64,000 nucleotides of DNA from contig NIVC01000232.1 of NCBI GenBank assembly GCA_002269645.1, forward strand, positions 1 to 64,000, in the 5' to 3' direction. The position numbers were made by a program, and so were the translations under genes. Source of the DNA: Macrostomum lignano (Eukaryota). Under the pieces are notes generated by a model. That model was given only the letters and a program-made list of their open reading frames with translations. It did not search any database and was not told the DNA's origin. This document shows positions 55,521 through 64,000 of this stretch, piece after piece. The stretch's first letter is position 1; each line of letters starts with the position of its first letter.

Positions 55521-57004
55521 ACCCCACCCCAAACCCCAGCTGGTTAGGCGTGCGTGGGCGGTTTCTAGGCGTATTTTTGGCGGTTTCTGAAAATGTGCCT
55601 CAGTTTTACGCCTGTTTTACGCTTCTTTACGCACAACCTGCTATGTTTACGCCAAGTTTACGCGAAGCTCCCCCATCCTCCCCATAGCCGCGCACCCCCA
55701 CCCACCCCTCCCCCGGAGCGTTTTTAAAGCGCATTTTAGGCGTATTTCGCGCTCCGTTTTCCAGCGGGGTAGTGTCTGAAAATTGAAGTAATTTTACTTT
55801 CACAGATAGCAAATATTTATTACTGTAGCATTATAAATGAAAGAAATGATCATTACAATAGCTTTTGTGTGAACAAAGGAAACATGATTAATTAGTAACT
55901 GTGTAAGGGATTTAAAGTAAATAAAAGAAAAGGAAAGAGCTAGGCGGTGGTTCGTATTATATTTGTTTAAAAGACAGCGGAGTAAGAAGTAAGGAAGAAG
56001 TAAAGATTATCCGCTGTGGGCACCGTATATTTATAGCCATCAGGAGCATCGCCGGAAACTTCTAGAAAATTCTTAGTATTATAACAAAACAAATATTAAT
56101 TATTGATTCCTATTAGATTTGCATTAATTGTAGTACTGCTTTACTGTAATAAATTATACTTTGAATAATTATAAATGCGAGTATTGAAATTAGTTACTGT
56201 GAGAGAAATTTCGAGAATTTAATTTGTACTCTACAGGGAAATTTCTACAAATTAAATAATTCAAATGCATCGAACTTTCGCGAAGGTCACTACAACTTAC
56301 AGTAACAAGTAAAAAAGTAACAAGTAACAAGTAACAAGTAAAAAAGTTTATTTACCTTTTCATTATAGACGAATATACACATATGCTGGCATGTAAACCG
56401 TGACATAAAAAATACGAGCGCTGCTACTTACAGCTTTCTAACACAGGATTAGAAAAACTTAACTTGAATACTGAATACTAGCATTGTCAGAGGGATCTTC
56501 GTACATTAAGCATTTAAGAACAGCCAGACAGACAGACAAAATAGTGCATAAAGTCAATACAGACACGTATGACGGAATGGTTCGTTAAGTTAGACAGTTG
56601 TATGGGCAAGGACTGATTGAAGGATTGATTGATTGATTGATAAACAACAGAAAATATGAAAGAATATGTACATGTACGAGTAATATGGGCTAAACGTCAG
56701 TTAGCTGTTTGAGAAGTTTGTTGAAAAAAGCAATACAAACGATTAAATAATATTCAAAATACAACACTGCGCATAATTGAAACAACCATGAATCCACAGA
56801 TAAAGTTGATTATTGTACCTAAGGTATTTCAGATATTTTAAGCAACGATTAAAGCGACGAATAGTTTTGTGTGTACAAGCATAACGAAAACATGATTATC
56901 AATAAATAAAAATATTAAATCTTCTAACTTTCGAATATATAGTTCAAGTTGCACATATTAGTACACGTACAAGTCAGGAAAATCACGCATTTTAACGAAG
57001 AAAT

Positions 57005-57256
57005 CAGGCGCATCGCCATGGATTTTATGGTGGGGGGGGGGACAAAGCCAAGAGTTCTACATTTTATAATCCTACATTTTACTCATTTTAGCGCCGTCGG
57101 CGCTATGTTTTGTCGCCATGCAGCAAAATTATTGATTTCCACAACGGGCCACAATTGTGGGGTGGGGGGGGGACAAAGCACTGGCATGTCCCTCCCAGAT
57201 CTTTTACTGGGGGGGGGGGGCATGTCCCCCTGTCTCCCCCGTTGGCGACGCCCCTG
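57005..57256. mobile_element. hAT-type MITE (252 bp)
   Basis: Imperfect TIRs CAGGCGCATCGCCA / TGGCGACGCCCCTG; 8-bp TSD GAAGAAAT (56997-57004 and 57257-57264). Confidence 0.9.
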
Positions 57257-57583
57257 GAAGAAATTAACTACATCTTTTTAACGCAGGGTAACAAAGATTT
57301 AAATTGATTAATGTTACAAGAATAAGCTGTTACACCTGAAAACCAATTTAAAGTCAGTTACAGCCTTGCTCAGCTTTAGCAGTAATATTCGTCTTTGCAT
57401 CGACTTCTGTTTGTGTTTGGAATTGCTGTGACAGATAGAACTGCTTCTGTTAAGAATATTCTTTGACGTAGTAAAAGGAAAATAACAAGCGCAAACAACT
57501 TTAGTGATTCGCTATGGTGTTGACTATGGTTGTAGCTCTTTTTCATCCCTATTTCGCAGTTCCGTGACGTATCCATCACATGG

Positions 57584-60500
57584 CTAGTTTGTCTTCAGTA
57601 GACATTGCAAGTCCCTGTAGCACTGATCACTAACACTTTGGTCAGCGATTGTCTTCACAAGAAACTCAACAACTTTTAAACGACCATCCAATGCAGCAGA
57701 TTTCGCAGCTTCCTTGCAGCACTGATCTCTCTCATTTTGGTCAGCGACTGTCTCCACAAGAAACTTCACCACTTCTAAATGACCACTCGATGCAGCAGAT
57801 TTAGCAGCTTCCTTGCAGCACTGATCTCTCTCACTTTGGTCAGCGACTGTCCTCACAAGAAATTTCACCACTTCTAAATGACCGAACAGTCCAGCAGATT
57901 CCGCAGCTCCATTGCAGCACTGATCTCTCTCATTTTGGTCAGCGACTGTCTCCACAAGAAACTTCACCACTTCTAAATGACCACTCGATGCAGCAGATTC
58001 CGCAGCTTTTTTGCAGCACTGATCTCTCTCACTTTGGTCAGCGACTGTCCTCACAAGAAACTTCACCACTTCTAAATGACCACTCGATGCAGCAGACTTT
58101 GCAGCTTCCTTGCAGCACTGATCTCTCTCAATTTGGTCAGCGAATCTCTTCACAAGAAGCTTCACCACTTTTGAGTGACCATTTTTTGCAGCAGATTTTA
58201 CAGCTTCCTTGCAGCACTGATCTCTCTCACTTTGGTCAGCGACTGTCTCTACAAGAAAATTCACCACTTCGAAATGACCATTCTATGCAGCAGATTCTAC
58301 AGCTTCCTTGCAGCACTGATCTCTCTCACTTTGGTCAGCGATTGTCTTCACAAGAAAATTCACCACTTCGAAATGACCATTCCATGCAGCAGATTCTACA
58401 GCTTCCTTGCAGCACTGATCTCTCTCACTTTGGTCAGCGATTGTCTTCACAAGAAACTTCACCACTTCTAAATGACCATTCCTTGAAGCAGATTCAGCAG
58501 CTTCCTTGCAGCACTGATCTCTCTCACTTTGGTCAGCGATTGTATTCACAAGAAACTTCACCACTTCTAAATGACCATTCCTTGAAGCAGATTCTGCAGC
58601 TTCCTTGCAGCTCTTATCTCTCTCACTTTGCTGAGCGAATTTCTCCAGAAGAAACTTCACCACTTCTAAATGACCGATCGATGCAGCAGATTCAGCAGCT
58701 TCCTTGCAGCACTTATCTCTCTCACTTCGAACGGTGATTTTCTTCACAAGAAACTTCATAACTTTTAAATGAGCACTCCATGCAGCAGATTTTGCAGCTT
58801 CCTTGCAGCACTGATCTCTCTCACTTTGGTCAGAGATTGTCTCCACAAGAAATCTCACCACTTCTAAACGACCATCCCATGCAGCAGATTTTGCAGCTTC
58901 CTTGCAGCACTGATCTCTCTCACTTTGGTCAGCAAATCTCTTCACAAGAAAGTTAACCACTTTTAAATGACCATTCCTTGCAGCAGATTTTGCAGCTTCC
59001 TTGCAGCACTGATCGCTCTCACTTTGGTCAACAATTTTCTCAATAAGAAAATTCAGTACCTCTAAATGACCATTCCTTGCAGCAGATTTTGCAGCTTTTT
59101 TGCAAAACGAATTTCTCTCACTTTTTTAGCGACTGTTTTCACAAGAAATTTCACCACTTCTAAATGACCACTCGATGCAGCAGACTTTGCAGCTTCCTTG
59201 CAGCACTGATCTCTCTCAATTTGGTCAGCGAATCTCTTCACAAGAAGCTTCACCACTTTTGAGTGACCATTTTTTGCAGCAGATTTTACAGCTTCCTTGC
59301 AGCACTGATCTCTCTTATTTTGGTCAGCGACTGTCTCTACAAGAAACTTCACCACTTCGAAATGACCATTCCATGCAGCAGATTCTACAGCTTCCTTCCA
59401 GCACTGATCTCTCTCACTTTGGTCAGCGATTGTCTTCATAAGAAATTTCACCACTTCTAAATGACCATTCCTTGCAGCAAATTTCGCAGCTTCCTTGCAG
59501 AACGGATCTCTCTCACTTTGAACGGCGACTGTCTCCACAAGAAAATTCACCAATTTTAAATGACCACTCGATGCAGCAGATTCCGCAGCTTCCTTGCAGC
59601 ACTGATCTCTCTCACTTTGAACGGCGACTGTCTCCACAAGAAACTTCACCACTTCTAAATGAGCACTCAATGCAGCAAATTTCGCAGCTTTCTTGCAGCA
59701 CTGATCTCTCTCACTTTGGTCAGCGACTGTCTCCACAAGAAAATTCACCACTTCTAAATGAGCACTCAATGCAGCAAATTTCGCAGCTCCCTTGCAGCAC
59801 TGATCTCTCTCACTTTGGTCAGCAACTGTCTTCACAAGAAACTTCACCACTTCTAAATTACCATTCCTTGCAGCAAATTTCGCAGCGTTCTTGCAGCACT
59901 GATTTTTCTCACTTTGATCAGTGACCTTCTCGACAAGAAACTGCACCACTTCTAAATGAGCACTCAATGCAGCAAATTTTGCAGTTCCCTTGCAGCACTG
60001 ATCTCTCTCACTTTGGTCAGCGACTGTCTCCACAAGAAACTCTACAATTTGTAAATGACCTTTTGATGCAGCAAATTTCGCAGCTTTCTTGCAGCACTGA
60101 TCTCTCTCACTTTGGTCAGCGACTGTCTTCACAAGAAACTTCACCACTTCTAAATGACCTCTCGATGCAGCAGATTCTGCAGCTTCCTTGCAGCACTGAC
60201 CTCTCTTACTTTGGTCAGCGACTGTCTTCACAAGAAACTTCACCACTTCTAAATGACCACTCGATGCAGCAGATTCCGCAGCTTCCTTGCAGCACTGTTC
60301 TTTTATATTGTGGTTTCAAATTTTTGGGACGAACAATTGGAGGACCTTAATTTTTCCAATTTTTGCTGCGTATTTTACCGCTTGAGAATAGGACTTGTCT
60401 TTTATAATTTGTTTCTTTGTCTCGTCAATTAGAAATGCGACCAGATCCCATTGACTAGTTTTTGCAGCAAATTCTGCTGCCAGTAAGCAGCACTGATCCC

Positions 60501-60681
60501 GATCGTCTTGGACGGCCACTTTGTTTATTACCAACTGAACAAGTTTTGTGCGTCCTTGAATCGCCGGATATTTGATAGCCGCAACACAGTATTCATTTTT
60601 CAAACCGCTGTCTTTTATGCGTTCTAGTTGCTGCGTGAATGATTCCAGCAATATCATATCGTCATCTTTATCGCTGCTCAT
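57584..60681 (-). pseudogene. D2: ankyrin-like repeat-only gene, ~27 repeats of 33 aa, disrupted as assembled
   Basis: N-terminus MSSDKDDD is homologous to D1; in-frame TGA at 60316-60318, 1-nt deletion near 59125, in-frame TAG at 58283-58285. Confidence 0.85.
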
Positions 60682-62199
60682 AGTTATGCTCTAGTTTTCA
60701 GAAGTATTTTAAAGATGCTGATTGCTTGAGTACTTGCAAAGGCATTTGCAACTTTGAAGCCAAGTCTACTCTTCTAAATCTTCAGCAATTCCAATGTATT
60801 TTTTGTTTCGATTAACTAGCAATGTCCTGAAGGTTAAAGGTCAGTGGACAAAATATGCAGTATAGAATGTTATTCAAAATTATGTTTAAAGGCTATATAA
60901 GCTGGCTCTCCAGACATGATCTATTTATAGTGTGTATCCCTTGTATTCTAGATTTATTTAGGGGCGAAAAGTGCGCTCGAGATAATTCGCAGAATCTAAC
61001 ATTTACATTTTTTCCTTTGCAGAAGGCGTCTTAAAGTTGCTTCTAATTCTTGTTATTCTTGTAAATCTTGTAAATGCTGATTCCTGCTGCCCAGTTGAGC
61101 ATTTAGGTTTGTAATTGGGTAAATTATCGCCTGAACAAACGCACACAACGATTGCTTAATTCCTAATTTTCTCAATGTCTTACTTTTGGTTGCCTTTTTA
61201 TATATTGTCTTTGCTTTGATAAAAGATACACCAAATCTACTTTTCGAAACGTTAGAAAATTTTCTTTCTTTAAGCCAGTCAGCATATGCCAGTGCAGTGA
61301 CTGTCGTCACGACAGCCTTTTTTATAGAAGAATGCGACACAGCACGCAACGAAGGCGTGCATTGAGGGTTGTTGCTGCCTATCCGCGCCCGCGCCGGCTT
61401 GTTATTCTGTTGCATTGTGCTGCATCCATCGACCAACCCCTCCGCTTAAGGGGTTTAACTTGACCGAGGCTTTAAAAAATAATATCGTACGAGCTACTTA
61501 CAGTTTTCAATAAGAAGCGGTGCCCGAAATTTAGAAGACGCTACCTAATCCACTGAGCAACAACCTAGCAGATTCCACTAGCTTTCACGCTGGCACATGA
61601 AGTGCATGAGCAATCCAACTCGCTATTGTTCTCAGCTTATGCGGTAAAGCCGGGGGTAAAAGCTTAGGACAGACAAGCCTTGCCACTAGACGAAGCTACT
61701 CGCGTATGTTTGCAATAAGCTGCACACTCAATGCTGCCTTCGCTGTTATAATAAAATCACGTGATTTCGATTATCATTGAATATTTGCTGGAAACTGTAT
61801 TCGACATTTTGCTTTTGACTTCGGTAAGTTTTACATTGCATTGTTGCTAGTTAAGCTGAAAAAACTTTCGGCTTTTCTCGCTGTTTTAAAAAATACCAGA
61901 AATAGAACAAGGCTTTAAGCCCTACTTTAAGTTTTTCGTCAAGTCAGGTTTACATTACCGCCATTAGCGGTTACAATATTGCTCAAATCAATGTGCAGTT
62001 ACTTCGGTCTTCGGACACACTTCAAAACTGATTAGAGCAATCTTGGACCCGCGGGGTAATGGCGGTAATGTGAATCGGCCTTTTGTGTGCTGTTTAAGAC
62101 TGCAGAGGCTTTCCGACTACATTTACCTTAGTATATTGGTGTTATTAATATTAATAACATTAAAATTTCTATGGCAAAAATTTTACAACTAACGCTGAT

Positions 62200-62455
<256 letters not shown>

Positions 62456-62693
62456 GCCTTAGTCTCTTAGTTTCGTATTGCCTTAGTACCTGCATTAGTT
62501 TACCTGCCAACAACTGAACAACAACTGAAATATTGCTGAATTTTGATGCATTGCATATTATCTACTTTCTTCATTCAATTTTAGCCAAGCTACTGCGCTC
62601 GTAATCTGCGCTAGACACGAGGAAATTTCAGTATTAACTAAAAAGCTTGCTTTTGACGCCATCCAGCCGCACCAAAATCTTTACTTGTTCAGC

Positions 62694-64000
62694 ATGAGTC
62701 AAAACAGCTTAAAAGATGTTATTAATGGTGGCGATCTAAAAAAGTTAAAAACTTTAGTAGAGCAGACGCATGACTCGAACGCGAAAAACCAGTTATGCCA
62801 GGATGCAGTTTTGCTTGCTGTGCAAAACCAGAAATGGGAAATGGTGGAGTATTTGATAAGTTGTATTGGCGATGAAAACGTCAGAAACCAGAGCTGTATA
62901 ACCGCCGCCAATCACGCAATGAAGTTCAAACAGGTGGATAAACTGGAATCATTCATAAACAGCATCGGAGACAATCAGCTAAAGGACAATTGGTGCGCTG
63001 AGATGGCAGAATCTGCCCAAATATGGCGCTCTTGGGATGTCGTGCAAATTCTCACAAAAGCCATCAGCAACCAAAGCTTGAAGGACCAATGCTGCCGCAG
63101 ATTCGCTATCGCTGCTGCAGACAGCCAGGATTTACAGGTCCGAAATTTTTTTGTTGAACTGAGCTCAGATGAGGAGTTGAAGCAACAGTTTAGCATGGAG
63201 GCAGCTGGAACTGCAACAAGCAATCAAGAGAAACAAGTTGCAGAAAAAGCATTGTTAGAAACACTGGAGCTGCTGTCGAAAGAGGCCGCTGAACCAGAAG
63301 TGAGAAAGCAGTGCAGTGATGTCTTGGCACAGCACGAATCAGATCAACGGCTCTCAGTTACAGTCGCAGCAAGGCATATCGGTGCCAAAGGCTACGCCCA
63401 ACTTGTCAAAGCATTGCTCAATAAATTAGAAAATGAAAGTGAGAGACGTGAATTTTGCATGGTTGCTGCTGAATATGCTGCTAGAAGTGGACACTTTGAA
63501 CGAGTAGAGTCCGTGTTGCATGGCTGCAAAAGCACAAGACTGAAGGATGAATGCTCAATAAAAGTAGCTGAAGTTGCATCCAGTTGCGGTCACTTTAAAG
63601 TGGCAAAATATGCCATTGAAGCCATCAAAGACCAGAAACTAAGAAATAAGTGCTGTCTCAAGGCTGCTGAGGCATCCGCAAAGAATCGTCAGCTTGAGAT
63701 CACAAAGTTTCTGGTAAACTCTGTTGCAGACAACTTGAAGGACCAGTGCTGCAACAGGGCCACTCCGCCTGCAGCAAAGAACGGTCATCTTGAGGTGGTG
63801 ACCTATCTGGTTCAAAAAATGGTCGACAAAACTCTTAAAGATCAGTGCTGCAAGAAAGCTGCAAAATGCGCTTCGGATTCGCAAAAATGGGATGTCGTGA
63901 AGTTTCTAGCTGCGTCTATCAGCAACCAGGGCCAAAAGGACGAGTGCTACGCGTCTGCTGCAGAATCTGCAGCTTGGAGTGGTAGGTTTGAAGAGACGGA
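62694..64000 (+). CDS. Gene C: 5' part of a close paralog of A (ANK exon), open to the window end
   Basis: MSQNSLKDVINGGDLKKLKTLVEQTHD.. aligns colinearly with A from 28635; not in the ORF track because no stop falls inside the window. cGLR exons are predicted beyond 64000 but not seen. Confidence 0.85.
   Translation, partial: MSQNSLKDVINGGDLKKLKTLVEQTHDSNAKNQLCQDAVLLAVQNQKWEMVEYLISCIGDENVRNQSCITAANHAMKFKQVDKLESFINSIGDNQLKDNWCAEMAESAQIWRSWDVVQILTKAISNQSLKDQCCRRFAIAAADSQDLQVRNFFVELSSDEELKQQFSMEAAGTATSNQEKQVAEKALLETLELLSKEAAEPEVRKQCSDVLAQHESDQRLSVTVAARHIGAKGYAQLVKALLNKLENESERREFCMVAAEYAARSGHFERVESVLHGCKSTRLKDECSIKVAEVASSCGHFKVAKYAIEAIKDQKLRNKCCLKAAEASAKNRQLEITKFLVNSVADNLKDQCCNRATPPAAKNGHLEVVTYLVQKMVDKTLKDQCCKKAAKCASDSQKWDVVKFLAASISNQGQKDECYASAAESAAWSGRFEET

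Noticed and set aside
57988-60350. Plus-strand repeat ORFs (MQQILQLPCSTDLSHFGQ..), also 16006-16653
   Set aside because: Antisense shadows of the 99-nt ankyrin-like repeats; the minus strand carries the recognisable motif.

Overview
Eukaryotic (invertebrate metazoan) genomic DNA with GT-AG introns, SINEs/LINEs/LTR elements and long microsatellites. The repeat families resemble those of the flatworm Macrostomum, but that is an unverified inference. The main content is a duplicated, TE-riddled cluster of putative innate-immune genes that the ORF track shows only in pieces. Splicing joins a ~870-aa ankyrin-like exon in frame to two exons encoding a cGAS/Mab-21-type nucleotidyltransferase (cGLR) with a C-terminal hydrophobic tail anchor. 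There are three copies: A (28635-34088, +), B (47029-42078, -, disrupted, inverted relative to A) and C (from 62694, +, runs off the window). A and C each sit head-to-head with an ankyrin-repeat-only gene (D1 17065-15854; D2 60681-57584) built from the same atypical 33-aa 'DQCC' repeat, and flank homology shows the D+ANK-cGLR pair was duplicated as a unit. Two other spliced genes are also hidden from the ORF track: an 83-aa secreted prepropeptide (5024-5365; predicted mature peptide VFGGFPWPCRPGYCR) and a B-box/coiled-coil/BEN-domain gene (~53087-54760). The rest is a full-length but lesioned Gypsy element with TSD, other Gypsy/LINE/Penelope fragments, Tc1- and hAT-type non-autonomous elements, SINEs, and (GATA)n, (ACT)n and minisatellite arrays. 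All domain calls are by eye from motifs; no database search was run.
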